Shown in pieces: positions 17,305-26,803 of a stretch of DNA of 64,000 nucleotides. The position numbers and the translations under genes were made by a program. Each line of letters begins with the position of its first letter. The stretch's first letter is position 1. The DNA lies in assembly GCA_009924895.1 (NCBI GenBank), contig RFQR01000005.1:3710-67709 (forward strand), read 5' to 3'. The DNA comes from a bacterium (GTDB lineage: Bacteria > Patescibacteriota > Minisyncoccia > Phycocordibacterales > UBA2100). Below the pieces are notes generated by a model, which saw nothing but the letters and a program-made list of their open reading frames with translations, had not been told where the DNA came from and ran no database searches.

Positions 17305-18733
17305 GGATTTGATTCAGGGCGCCTGTAATGCGCGCCAGGGTTTCTTCTTTTCCAAGGACGTGTGCGATGGTGAATGGATCGGGAGATTGCTTTTTCCCCG
17401 AGAGAGAGTAGCGAAGAGGCCAGAGAACATCGCCGCGACCTTCTTGGCTTGCGTAGTCCCACGCGGCACTCTTTATTGAGTCGACAGATGAAAAATCCGA
17501 ACTCGAGAGTATCTCAAGTATTTTTTTAAGATGCGTACGGCACACTTCGAGTGTCGAGTTTTTATTCGGTAGAAGCGTGATGTCGATCTCAGGTGCCGTA
17601 AAAAAGTACGCATATTCACCCGCGTCGATTTCCGCAGTAAAAGTGCTCGAAAGCGCTGCGCGTTCCCGCACGAGTGGCAAAATGGTATTCCACCGCTCCT
17701 CGTTCTCGGGTTCTTTGCCACTAAAAACAGACTGCATTACTGCTGCTTTATATTCAGAGTCAGAGAGGTGCTTCACGTGTTGGTGCTGAAACCAAAGAAG
17801 TTTTTCTTCGTTTGCGCTGCCGCCATGTGTTTGGATCGTGCTGATGTCAAATGCTTCTATAAGCTCAGGGAGAGTAAAGAGTTCGCGATCGCTGCCAGGG
17901 TGCCATCCGATGAAGGCGAGGAAGTTTATCATTGCCGCAGGAAGAAACCCCTCTTTACGATATTCAAGCAAGTCTTTTGCTCCATCTCGCTTCCCTAGTT
18001 TCTTGGTTTTGTCTTCGCGCAGAATAGGAGGAAGTGTCACGAGCTTGGGACGCTTGATTCCAAGTGCATCATAGAGACTTAAGAATTTTGGCGTTGAAGA
18101 AATAAATTCATCGCCACGCATAACATGAGTCACACCCATATGCATATCATCGATGATGTGAGCGAAATTATAGGTTGGGTATCCGTCGCCCTTGATAAGG
18201 ATGAAATCATCAAGTGCTTCTTCTCCGGCTGAAAGATCGCCACGAACCTCATCGTGCCATTCGTACCGTTTGATTTCGGGAACGAGGAAGCGTAAAGGGC
18301 GCTTGCCGTCCCATTCTGAAAAAGTCTTAGGGCGATGCTTACGAAACAAAAACACCTCTTTATTCGCCTGTGCCGCACGACGAAAGCCGTCGATTTCTTC
18401 GGCGCTGTAGGGGTCCGGGTAGGCATATCCTTTTGCAATAAGTTCTCGAGCAGCAGCGTGGTACGTAGGGAGGCGCTCTGATTGGATACAGGAACCAAAT
18501 GGCGTACTCATCTGAGGACCATAATCCCAGGTAAGATTGAGCCAGCTCAGCGATTCTTGAATATGAGCAACAGAACCTGCGACTTCCCTCTCTTTATCGG
18601 TATCCTCGATACGAAGAATAAATGTGCCTTTGTTCTTGCGGGCCCACAAAAAAGCAAAAAGCGCGGTACGCACGCTGCCGATGTGCATAAAGCCGGTAGG
18701 GCTGGGAGCAAAACGAGTGACAACGTGTTCCAT
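17297..18733 (-). CDS. gltX: glutamyl-tRNA synthetase
   Basis: VVTRFAPSPTGFMHIG (HIGH) and KLGKRDG (KMSKS-like) motifs. Track ORF extends to 18883, but the conserved N-terminus begins at MEHVV (Met 51). Confidence 0.85.
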   Translation of the reverse strand: MEHVVTRFAPSPTGFMHIGSVRTALFAFLWARKNKGTFILRIEDTDKEREVAGSVAHIQESLSWLNLTWDYGPQMSTPFGSCIQSERLPTYHAAARELIAKGYAYPDPYSAEEIDGFRRAAQANKEVFLFRKHRPKTFSEWDGKRPLRFLVPEIKRYEWHDEVRGDLSAGEEALDDFILIKGDGYPTYNFAHIIDDMHMGVTHVMRGDEFISSTPKFLSLYDALGIKRPKLVTLPPILREDKTKKLGKRDGAKDLLEYRKEGFLPAAMINFLAFIGWHPGSDRELFTLPELIEAFDISTIQTHGGSANEEKLLWFQHQHVKHLSDSEYKAAVMQSVFSGKEPENEERWNTILPLVRERAALSSTFTAEIDAGEYAYFFTAPEIDITLLPNKNSTLEVCRTHLKKILEILSSSDFSSVDSIKSAAWDYASQEGRGDVLWPLRYSLSGKKQSPDPFTIAHVLGKEETLARITGALNQIHA

Positions 18734-18734
18734 A

Positions 18735-19874
18735 TTATGCTTCGTGAGAGATTCCGATTTCAAGTAATGCGTTTGCAATCGTACCTGCGGCACCGGGACG
18801 TGCGTACGCAGCGGCAGCAGCGGACATCTGTATCCGGAGTGATTCGTTTTGTACGAGACGATCAATCTCCGCGATAAGCACATGAGGGGTTAGATTTTTT
18901 TGTTCGATAACAATGCAGGCGCCTGCACGTGCGTATGAAAACGCATTTTCGGTTTGATCGCGCGATACATCTTCAGGAATCGGAATAAGGATAGCAGGCA
19001 AGCCCCATGCCGCGACTTCAAAAATAGTGCCGCTACCTGCGCGTACTATGACGAGAGATGAAATGCCAGCCGTCATGCGCAGCGCAAGAGTATTGAGGAG
19101 TCCAAATACTCGGTAACGATCGGCGTGTTGTGATGTTTTGAGCGACACCGAGGAGATGCTTTTTACTTCTTCCAAGTTCGTGCTTCCTGTTTGGTGCACA
19201 ACATTGTATCGAGTAACGAGTTCGGGGAGAGCATCGAGCACCGTCTCATTGATTGCCTGTGCGCCCTGAGACCCTCCCATAAAGAAGAGTGTCGGCACGT
19301 CCGGTTTGAGCTTTAAAAATTCATGTCCGCCCTCGCGCGTAAAATGCTCGATTTCGCTGCGGATGGGGTGACCAGTTCGTGCAATTTTTTCACGAGCTTT
19401 TTCAGGAAAGTTTTCTGCTGCTTCAGGGTGCGCAACGGCGATATACTGAGCAAACTTCGATGCCCAGAGCGAAACACGTCCAGGACGAGCATCAGCATCG
19501 TAGATTACGACTGGAATCATGAGGAATCGTGCTGCCCATAGCGTCGGAAATGCCGCATAGCCACCGGTAGAAAAGACTGCATCTGGATAGAGTCGAAACA
19601 TGATGAAGAGCGACTGCACAAGCCCCCATCCTGTTTTGAATATATCAAACACGTTGAGGATGCTGCTATAAGCTCGCTTTTTTCCGGCGGGACTAAATAT
19701 AGGGGTGATGGCGTGTTCGGCAAGTGCGCGTGGGTCAAAGGGGGATGGACCCACATAGAAAAGCTCAGGCTCAATGAGGGTGCGTTCCTCGGCAATTTTT
19801 TCTAGTGATTCAGCGACGGCAATAAGGGGGTAAAAATGCCCACCTGTTCCCCCGCCAGTTAATACGATACGCAT
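18735..19874 (-). CDS. murG: undecaprenyldiphospho-muramoylpentapeptide beta-N-acetylglucosaminyltransferase MurG
   Basis: N-terminal GGGTGGHFYP motif and GT28 architecture. Adjacent to ftsW and mraY. Confidence 0.85.
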   Translation of the reverse strand: MRIVLTGGGTGGHFYPLIAVAESLEKIAEERTLIEPELFYVGPSPFDPRALAEHAITPIFSPAGKKRAYSSILNVFDIFKTGWGLVQSLFIMFRLYPDAVFSTGGYAAFPTLWAARFLMIPVVIYDADARPGRVSLWASKFAQYIAVAHPEAAENFPEKAREKIARTGHPIRSEIEHFTREGGHEFLKLKPDVPTLFFMGGSQGAQAINETVLDALPELVTRYNVVHQTGSTNLEEVKSISSVSLKTSQHADRYRVFGLLNTLALRMTAGISSLVIVRAGSGTIFEVAAWGLPAILIPIPEDVSRDQTENAFSYARAGACIVIEQKNLTPHVLIAEIDRLVQNESLRIQMSAAAAAYARPGAAGTIANALLEIGISHEA

Positions 19875-19884
19875 ACAAAACAGT

Positions 19885-19902
19885 ATATAGCCACTAGGGT
19901 TT
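19885..19902 (-). promoter_or_regulatory. putative promoter element CCCTAGTGGCTATATACT, 12 nt upstream of the murG ATG
   Basis: Same motif family as at 14296 and 29139. Contains TGnTATATA. Confidence 0.4.
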
Positions 19903-19916
19903 AGCTACTAGTAGAA

Positions 19917-20216
19917 TTACTGGTTTAAATAACCAATCATTTTTTCAACATCCTCGGGCTTTGAACCAACAATCGGTACCATTGCGCGTAAAAGATTCTC
20001 CATTTGCTTCTGACCTTCTGCGTCTTGTTCCTTAACGGCATTACCGAGTTCTTTCAATATTCCTTCTACCATACGCCCAACTCGCGGTCCCTTGTTGAAT
20101 GCCTCTTGTGAAAATGCTTTTGCGGCCTCATTAAACTTACTTCGAACTTGTTCCCCGAGGTGTAACGCTCCCTCGTGCTTTTTTATTTCATTGTTCTGAG
20201 TTTTTTCTAGTCCCAT
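19917..20216 (-). CDS. hypothetical small protein between ftsW and murG
   Basis: 99-aa ORF, charged and K/E-rich, in operon position. No motif recognised. Confidence 0.45.
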   Translation of the reverse strand: MGLEKTQNNEIKKHEGALHLGEQVRSKFNEAAKAFSQEAFNKGPRVGRMVEGILKELGNAVKEQDAEGQKQMENLLRAMVPIVGSKPEDVEKMIGYLNQ

Positions 20217-20257
20217 AGTTAAAATTTTCTTGAATAAATCGTCACAAAACTATTGTA

Positions 20258-21358
20258 CTACCCCTTTCGCGCTCGGGAAATGTTGAGAAGTATGCCTGCA
20301 GAGAGTAATGAAACTATCATGGCGGAACCACCCTGGCTTACAAAGGTGAGTGGAATTCCGGTAAGGGGCACCACACCGAGCATGGCACCAATGTTTATAA
20401 AGGCTTCAGCGGAAAGATACGTAGCAATACCAACACCAAGATAGAGGCCAAACGCGTCAGGTGCGCGAGCGGCGACCGAGTATCCGCGCAGACAGAGGAG
20501 CAAAAAACCAATAATGAATACAACGCTCCCGACAAATCCCAGTTCTTCTCCGATAACAGCAAAGATAGAGTCACCCATTGGCTCTGGCAAGTACGTGAAT
20601 TTCTGTATACCTTGACCGAAACCACGGCCAGTCATACCCCCTGAGCCAATCGCGATGAGTGATTGCCGAATTTGATACCCTTCGGACTGGGAATTATGTG
20701 CTGGGTTTACAAATGTGACGATACGGTCTCGCACGTATGGGCGAAAAACTGCCAAAATTCCGATCAGAAGAAAACCAATGACGATGAGTGTGGCGATGTG
20801 GTGGAAGCGTGCGCCTGCGACGAAAAAGACGGTGCAAATACCGATACAAACGACCCCCAGCGTTCCCATATCAGGCTGTAGCACCAAGAGGAGTACTGGC
20901 AGCGCCATAATCGCGCACAGTCCCCCGACTCCCCACTTGAGTGTTTGGGTGCGTACGCCAATTGCTGAAAAATAAGCAGCAGAAAGTATAATCCCGGCGA
21001 GTTTCAAAAGTTCTGCGGGCTGAAATGTTCCAAAGCCAAAGTTAATCCATCGCTTTCCGCCGCCATGCTCCATGCCAATCCCGGGAACAAACACCAAGCA
21101 TGTCGCAATGAGCGCTGTCACAAAAATACTGATTGCATAGGGCTGCAGTTTTCGGTAGTCAATGAGTGCCGCTGTGACCATAAGTACGAGTCCCGCTCCA
21201 ACACCGAGTACCAAATGATTGAACACCGCTCGAGTGATATGCGTTTCTCCGCGGGCAAGAAGTCCAAAAGCACCCGAAGCAAAAATCAGCATGCCCGAGA
21301 CAAGGAGGAGTGCAACAAGGAACGCAAGTGGCCGATCCACGCTCGTACGGCGGTTCAT
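20258..21358 (-). CDS. ftsW: SEDS-family peptidoglycan glycosyltransferase FtsW
   Basis: About 10 TM segments with FtsW/RodA-like composition, located between mraY and murG. Confidence 0.8.
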   Translation of the reverse strand: MNRRTSVDRPLAFLVALLLVSGMLIFASGAFGLLARGETHITRAVFNHLVLGVGAGLVLMVTAALIDYRKLQPYAISIFVTALIATCLVFVPGIGMEHGGGKRWINFGFGTFQPAELLKLAGIILSAAYFSAIGVRTQTLKWGVGGLCAIMALPVLLLVLQPDMGTLGVVCIGICTVFFVAGARFHHIATLIVIGFLLIGILAVFRPYVRDRIVTFVNPAHNSQSEGYQIRQSLIAIGSGGMTGRGFGQGIQKFTYLPEPMGDSIFAVIGEELGFVGSVVFIIGFLLLCLRGYSVAARAPDAFGLYLGVGIATYLSAEAFINIGAMLGVVPLTGIPLTFVSQGGSAMIVSLLSAGILLNISRARKG

Positions 21359-21359
21359 A

Positions 21360-22439
21360 CTAGCGGCCTAAAATAGCAATAATGACACCCGCAAATGCGA
21401 ACACAACCGAGAGCACCCAATACCGCATAGTAACTTTGTACCCCGGCCAGCCAAGTGCTTCAAAGTGGTGGTGAAGCGGAGCGATTCGAAATAGCTTACG
21501 CTTAAATATCTTTTTCCACGCGAGCTGGAGTACATCGGAAAGAACCGTAAGTACGAGGAGGAGCCCAATAACAGGAAGTACAAAGATACCGACTCCCCCG
21601 CCGAGCGTATCGGTCATAAACGCAATCGTACCGAGACAGAGCGTGAGACCCATGGTTCCGGTATCAGACATGTAGAATCGTGCGGGCGGAATGTTGAACC
21701 AGAGAAATGCGAGAATGCCGCCCACTATCGCTGCCGAAAAAGCAGCGAGATCTGCTTGTCCCTGCACAAATGCTATGATCGCGTACGCGGCAAAAATTGA
21801 CCCAAAGACGCCTCCCGAAAGTCCGTCGATTCCGTCGATTACACCTGAAGCATAGAGGGCAAGCGACATAAGAACAAAAAACGGAATGATAAAGACACCA
21901 ATAACGAGTGGCTGAAAGAAGGGTATGCCGATTGCAACGACGCCAAGCTTTGCAAAAAACCACCACCCGATAAACGTCGAGAAGAGTGTGACAATGCTGA
22001 GACGCACCGTAAGTGGCATGCCTTCCCCGCTTTCCCTCACGACCATGAGATCATCTAAAAATCCAGCATAAGCACCTATAAGTAGTGTTGCAAAGGGTAT
22101 CCACGTTTGCGAACGGCTTAAGAAATCAAGTTGAAACGTTTGTGCACTTGGAATAATGTAGGACAAAAGTGAGGTGACAATAACCGTGAGAAAGACGCTG
22201 CCCCACACGACAATCCCGCCCATGCGCGGTGCACGTATTTCATTGTGAGCATGGAGACTATTAAAGACGCTCGCCTGTGTACCGTCATATGCCATTTTTC
22301 CCGCTCGCTTTTTCCACACCTTGTGTGCATAGAGGTAGTAAGTCAGGGCAGGGGTCATGAGCATGCCGATACAAAATGAGAGTGTCGCAGGCACGAGGAC
22401 AAAGACGATTTCATGCATAGCGTAAGTATCGGCGAGCAT
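21360..22439 (-). CDS. mraY: phospho-N-acetylmuramoyl-pentapeptide transferase MraY
   Basis: PLHHHFE motif and a DD-containing cytoplasmic loop in a polytopic protein. Track ORF reaches 22496 but would overlap the dac stop. Met at 22439 is chosen. Confidence 0.8.
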   Translation of the reverse strand: MLADTYAMHEIVFVLVPATLSFCIGMLMTPALTYYLYAHKVWKKRAGKMAYDGTQASVFNSLHAHNEIRAPRMGGIVVWGSVFLTVIVTSLLSYIIPSAQTFQLDFLSRSQTWIPFATLLIGAYAGFLDDLMVVRESGEGMPLTVRLSIVTLFSTFIGWWFFAKLGVVAIGIPFFQPLVIGVFIIPFFVLMSLALYASGVIDGIDGLSGGVFGSIFAAYAIIAFVQGQADLAAFSAAIVGGILAFLWFNIPPARFYMSDTGTMGLTLCLGTIAFMTDTLGGGVGIFVLPVIGLLLVLTVLSDVLQLAWKKIFKRKLFRIAPLHHHFEALGWPGYKVTMRYWVLSVVFAFAGVIIAILGR

Positions 22440-22464
22440 AGAGGTGTGAGCAAGGATGTTGTGT

Positions 22465-23430
22465 TTATTGCGCGATTGCCTTGTGGGTTGCCTCAACCAA
22501 AGCCTTCATATCGTCGAACCTGCCCTCGTGTGTTGATCCGAGAACGACAATCACTATCGGGTGAGCAGGTCCGATTTCAAAGACAATAGCGAGGTTGCCG
22601 CCGGCAAGATCGGTAAAACCCGTCTTCCCCATCACGAGGCCTGGTATTGAGGGCAGTGCATCGTTCGTATTTTCGGCTTTTGAGTGAGCGACCGTGACAG
22701 AGCGCGAAGCAGTCTTTTCAAATACAGCCGGGCTTCGCTGGGTGACATACGCAAAAAGATGCGCTATATCGCGCGCTGAACCATACGCCCCGGACCGATT
22801 CGTTGTTTCATCAAGCCCACTCACATTAGAGAAAAAGGTATGATCAAGAGACAGTTCCTTCATGAGTTCGTTCATGCGCCATACCACGGCTTTTCCTTCT
22901 GGTGCTTCTGGAAATTGATCGCGGATTGCGCGGTCAGCAAGGAGCGCGAGCATTTCTGCACCCGCATTCGATGAGGCGACGAGTGTGTAGTCGATTAGTG
23001 CTTGCACCGTAACTATATCGCCCTTACGCAGTTCTTCTGCTTGTCCGGTTTTGCCAATTCCGTAGGGGATGGCCATGGTCGCTTCGGGAGAAAGTGTTTG
23101 CGAGACGACGAATGAGAGTGGCACTTTGGTGAGGGATGCAAGGGGGAGTTGTGCATCCGCATTGCGCTCATACAATACGGTGCCACTCTGGACGTCGTAG
23201 ACGATCGCAGCGTTTGCGATAAGCGGCACTGCTATGAATGGCTCAATCGCACTCAAGGCCGCGGCCGTCTGTGGGGCGCTCTCTGCGGAGCGAGAACCAC
23301 GATACACAAAAAATACGAGAGAGAGTGAAAGCACCGCAACTACCGCAAGCGTCACTGTTACTAACCGTTCAGTACGGGGGTCATTCGGCGTTTCCAGATG
23401 GTACGGGGTTTGCTCCATTGTATGCATCAA
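22465..23430 (-). CDS. dacA: D-alanyl-D-alanine carboxypeptidase (S11, PBP5/6-like)
   Basis: SxxK (ASLTKV), SxN (SSNAGAE) and KTG (KTGFT) motifs, and an N-terminal TM/signal region. Confidence 0.75.
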   Translation of the reverse strand: MMHTMEQTPYHLETPNDPRTERLVTVTLAVVAVLSLSLVFFVYRGSRSAESAPQTAAALSAIEPFIAVPLIANAAIVYDVQSGTVLYERNADAQLPLASLTKVPLSFVVSQTLSPEATMAIPYGIGKTGQAEELRKGDIVTVQALIDYTLVASSNAGAEMLALLADRAIRDQFPEAPEGKAVVWRMNELMKELSLDHTFFSNVSGLDETTNRSGAYGSARDIAHLFAYVTQRSPAVFEKTASRSVTVAHSKAENTNDALPSIPGLVMGKTGFTDLAGGNLAIVFEIGPAHPIVIVVLGSTHEGRFDDMKALVEATHKAIAQ

Positions 23431-23950
23431 AAGTGGCTAATTCGGCTAAAATACTAGCATATTCGGGCAATTCTGACGACTCTGTTGCGCCCAAGTGCGC
23501 CATCAGCTCCACCGATGGTCGGTACAGGTATTCACGGCTATCTTCTGGGTTATGGACACGTTCGATAAGGCCGCGCGCGAGAAGTGCCCGGACAGAAAAC
23601 GATGAATTAACACCGCGTATGTAGTCTATGGTTGCCCGTGTTGATGGACCCTTGTACAGTAAAACAGAAAGCACCTCGAGGCCAGCATCTCCGATCTCTT
23701 TATCGCGCTCGATTGCATATACTTCCTCAATGAGCGGCGTTGTTTCTGGAGCAACAGCGAGCGTCACTTCAGCGCCGGTATCGATAAGCGCGAGTCCTCC
23801 GGTAAGACGCGATTTCAGTATTTGCAGTGCGCTGATAAGTTCAGCGTCAGTACACTGCAAAATCTGCGCCAACTTTTTTCTACTCAAAGAGCCACCTTCG
23901 GAAAAAAGTAATGCTTCAATTTTATTTGAAAGTGCAGTTGTTTTATCCAT
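23381..23950 (-). CDS. scpB: segregation and condensation protein B
   Basis: ScpB winged-helix N-terminus (IEALLFSEGGSLSRKKLAQIL), 189 aa, downstream of scpA. Confidence 0.8.
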   Translation of the reverse strand: MDKTTALSNKIEALLFSEGGSLSRKKLAQILQCTDAELISALQILKSRLTGGLALIDTGAEVTLAVAPETTPLIEEVYAIERDKEIGDAGLEVLSVLLYKGPSTRATIDYIRGVNSSFSVRALLARGLIERVHNPEDSREYLYRPSVELMAHLGATESSELPEYASILAELATFDAYNGANPVPSGNAE

Positions 23951-24686
23951 AGACCGGTGCTGATGATATATTTTCTGTTTCTATCACAATGTCGGAGAAT
24001 AACTTCTCTTGTGACACTGATGCGGAACCAGAACGAACTAATTCTAACACCGCGAGAAAGTACACCACACGGTCTTCCCTACTCGCGGTCTTGGTGAGCT
24101 CGCTCCACCGTGTGCGAAAGCCGAGGGTAAGACGTTTTTTGAGGGTCCCGATAACTTCCTCAAGCGCAATCACCGGCTTTACCACCGCCTCAACCATTTT
24201 TTCAGGCGTTGGGAACGACCGCATCATTTTTTTTACCGCTGCAATGAGTTTCTGAGTGGTTGCTTCGCCAGGCGCGAAGACACGCGGACGCTCCGGTGCG
24301 CGTTGTGCAAGCATGAGCGGTTTTGTTCCCCACTGCTGCTTGAGGAGTTTTGCAGCTTTGCGATACACGGCATAACGTGCAAGGCGGTTCTCAAGCTCTT
24401 CAACGCTCTCCTTCTCTTCTTGTGTCATGTCGAGCGTCGGAAGAAGCGAGCGGGACTTTATGAGAAGCAGTGTGGAGGCAACAAGAACGAACTGCGAGGT
24501 TTCGGCAAGTGGCAGCTCCGGCAACTTTTCAACGTATGCAAGATACGAGTCAGCAACCTGTGACAGCGACACTTCTGAAATTGACATTTTTCGCGACTCA
24601 ATCAAATTCAAAAGCACCTCAAGAGGGCCTTGGAATTTTTCGTGTTCAAGTGCAAAGGAACTCATGTACGAATTATCGCGTACCAC
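23943..24686 (-). CDS. scpA: segregation and condensation protein A
   Basis: ScpA N-terminal FQGPLEVLLNLIESRKMSISEVSLSQVADSYLAYV motif. An 8-nt overlap with scpB. Confidence 0.8.
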   Translation of the reverse strand: MVRDNSYMSSFALEHEKFQGPLEVLLNLIESRKMSISEVSLSQVADSYLAYVEKLPELPLAETSQFVLVASTLLLIKSRSLLPTLDMTQEEKESVEELENRLARYAVYRKAAKLLKQQWGTKPLMLAQRAPERPRVFAPGEATTQKLIAAVKKMMRSFPTPEKMVEAVVKPVIALEEVIGTLKKRLTLGFRTRWSELTKTASREDRVVYFLAVLELVRSGSASVSQEKLFSDIVIETENISSAPVYG

Positions 24687-24769
24687 CGACGACTTGCAAA
24701 ATAGTAAAAATGTGATTTAGTACATCTGGCTACCTTGCGTTTGGCTGGTAGCACAATGGAGAGTCTCAC

Positions 24770-24982
24770 ATGAAGACGGAAGACGATATCAGGAAGAAGG
24801 ACAAGATGGTTCACGCCACTCTCGTGGCGGTCAGACGTGCAAAAAAGCAGATGGTAGCGCTCGGCCTCACCGATGAGGCCGCTACCGGATTGGCTTTTGA
24901 GGCTTTCGAGATCAGCCTCGAGCCCAACGCCATCGCGGGAGGCACTCCGAAGATGCCCACGCAGCTCAAGCGTGTCTCGTAA
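24770..24982 (+). CDS. hypothetical small protein (70 aa)
   Basis: GGAGA Shine-Dalgarno 8 nt upstream of the ATG and an intrinsic terminator immediately downstream. Locally GC-rich. Confidence 0.5.
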   Translation: MKTEDDIRKKDKMVHATLVAVRRAKKQMVALGLTDEAATGLAFEAFEISLEPNAIAGGTPKMPTQLKRVS

Positions 24983-25002
24983 CCCCTCTCCAGGCGCATA
25001 GA

Positions 25003-25041
25003 AGGCGGGACCTCAGTGTCCCGCCTTCATCTTTTATTTCC
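25003..25041 (+). terminator. intrinsic terminator (AGGCGGGAC / GTCCCGCCT followed by TCATCTTTTATTTCC)
   Basis: Read directly. Confidence 0.65.
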
Positions 25042-26425
25042 CCTCTTTCCGTACACTCAATCCTAATTCTGCAAGCTGTTCTGGTGTGAGTGGTTTTGGT
25101 GCTTTCATAACAGCCGTTTTGCCACCACGAGTCATAGGAAATGCCTGAACCTCGCGCAGGTACGTTTCCCCAGTTAGGTTCATGACAAGACGTTCAACAC
25201 CGAGTGCGATCCCGCCGTGCGGTGGTGCACCATAGCCGAATGCTTCGATCATGTGTCCCACTCGCTCTTCTGTTTCTTCGGGTATGTAGCCCATGATGTC
25301 GTAGACCGCTTTTAAAATTTCAGGTCGGTGCGCGCGGATAGAGCCACCTCCTGCCTCATAGCCGTTACAGACGATATCGTATTGCGTGGTGAGGATATTT
25401 CCAATGTCTTGTTTGTTCAAGACTTTGTCGACATGTTCTGGGATTGGTGAAGAAAATGGGTTGTGCGTGAAGGTCCACTTTCCATCGTCAGTCTTCTCGA
25501 AGAATGGGAATTTGTACACCCACGCAAACGCAAGTATTCCCTTCTCTTTCTCTTCGGGAGTGCGCATATCGAATTTGTCAGCGCCGTATTTTTCGATGGC
25601 CTCCTGGTAGGTAAAGCGTGGAAATGGCTTTTGTTTAATGGTGTATCCCATCGCTTCGGTTACCTCGGTGAGCATACCTTCGATAAGATCCATTACATCG
25701 CTCTGTTCCACAAACGACATTTCAATATCGATCTGTGTGTGTTCAAACCCGCGATCTGCACGCAAATCCTCGTCTCGTACTGCGCGTGCGGTTTGGAAGT
25801 AGCGTTCCATGCCACCCACCATGAGAAGCTGTTTGTACTGTTGGGGTGATTGTGGGAGTGCGTAAAAGTCTCCAGGATTCAAGCGTGATGGGACCACGAA
25901 GTCACGTGAGCCTTCCGGTGTTGATTCTGTTAAAAGTGGGGTCTCAATTTCAGTGAATTTATTTTTGTAGAGATATTCACGGCATCGTCGCACGAGTTCA
26001 CTGCGCAAACGGATGTTGCGCTGCATGCGTGCGGTGCGCAAGTCCATGTAGCGGTATTTGAGACGAGTTTCTTCGCTAATTTCAGAAGTGTCAGAAAGGT
26101 CAAATGGTGGTGTGTTTGCAGGATTCAAAATCTCGAGCGTCTCGATAACGAGCTCGATGTCGCCATTTACTTTGTCCGCCTGGACGTTTTTGTCCGGGCG
26201 CTTGTTGACGAGACCAGTGATTGCAACTACGTCTTCGGTGCGGACCTCTTTCGCCTTTTCAATGGCGGGTGATTTAGGAAGGACCACACCTTGTACGGTG
26301 CCTGACATGTCTCGCACATCAACGAATACCATCTTGCCCTGATCGCGACGGACTGAAATCCACCCCTTAATAAGAACGGTCTGTCCGACCCGTGAGGAAA
26401 GCTCACCGATAAATGTTCGTTGCAT
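25034..26425 (-). CDS. aspS: aspartyl-tRNA synthetase, short (463 aa) form lacking the bacterial insertion domain
   Basis: N-terminal OB fold (VLIKGWISVRRDQGKMVFVDVRD) and class II motifs (FRDEDLRADR, GGGSIRAHR, GIALGVERLVM). Confidence 0.85.
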   Translation of the reverse strand: MQRTFIGELSSRVGQTVLIKGWISVRRDQGKMVFVDVRDMSGTVQGVVLPKSPAIEKAKEVRTEDVVAITGLVNKRPDKNVQADKVNGDIELVIETLEILNPANTPPFDLSDTSEISEETRLKYRYMDLRTARMQRNIRLRSELVRRCREYLYKNKFTEIETPLLTESTPEGSRDFVVPSRLNPGDFYALPQSPQQYKQLLMVGGMERYFQTARAVRDEDLRADRGFEHTQIDIEMSFVEQSDVMDLIEGMLTEVTEAMGYTIKQKPFPRFTYQEAIEKYGADKFDMRTPEEKEKGILAFAWVYKFPFFEKTDDGKWTFTHNPFSSPIPEHVDKVLNKQDIGNILTTQYDIVCNGYEAGGGSIRAHRPEILKAVYDIMGYIPEETEERVGHMIEAFGYGAPPHGGIALGVERLVMNLTGETYLREVQAFPMTRGGKTAVMKAPKPLTPEQLAELGLSVRKEGK

Positions 26426-26803
26426 ATGTGTTTATCCTAGCAAAAAATGCTGAAAACAAAAGAACAGGGCCACCAGAGTAATCTGGTTGCCCATGCTAGT
26501 TTCGTGTGTGAAAGGAAACTTTATGAGTCGAAACGATCTGTGCCTCGACTGTTTGTTCCCCATACTTTGAGTTCTGTCGCTTCCCCACTTTCAGGTGGTT
26601 CAACGTATACAGTTCCTTTTTCGCCGGGTGGCGGTTCCTTCACAACGAGCTTCTGCCCCGGGCCGAGTTGGATCAAGGTCGTGCGTTTCCTCGCACGTTC
26701 TACCATCTCCGGGGTCACGACAGTTCACTTACGTTCGCTGCTCAATTGAGCCTCCATTTTAAGAGTCTAGGCGTACTTTGTACGAAATATTGTACCACAA
26801 ATA

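Noticed and set aside
17297-19874. Exact base positions of gltX start and murG stop
   Set aside because: My manual read of the printed lines disagreed with the ORF track by 1 nt in this interval. I kept the track coordinates, so hand-derived coordinates elsewhere may carry plus or minus 1 nt uncertainty.
26521-26718. 65-aa minus-strand ORF between the DUF4105 gene and aspS
   Set aside because: GTG start without an SD-like element and no recognisable motif. Kept only as a possibility under the aspS finding.
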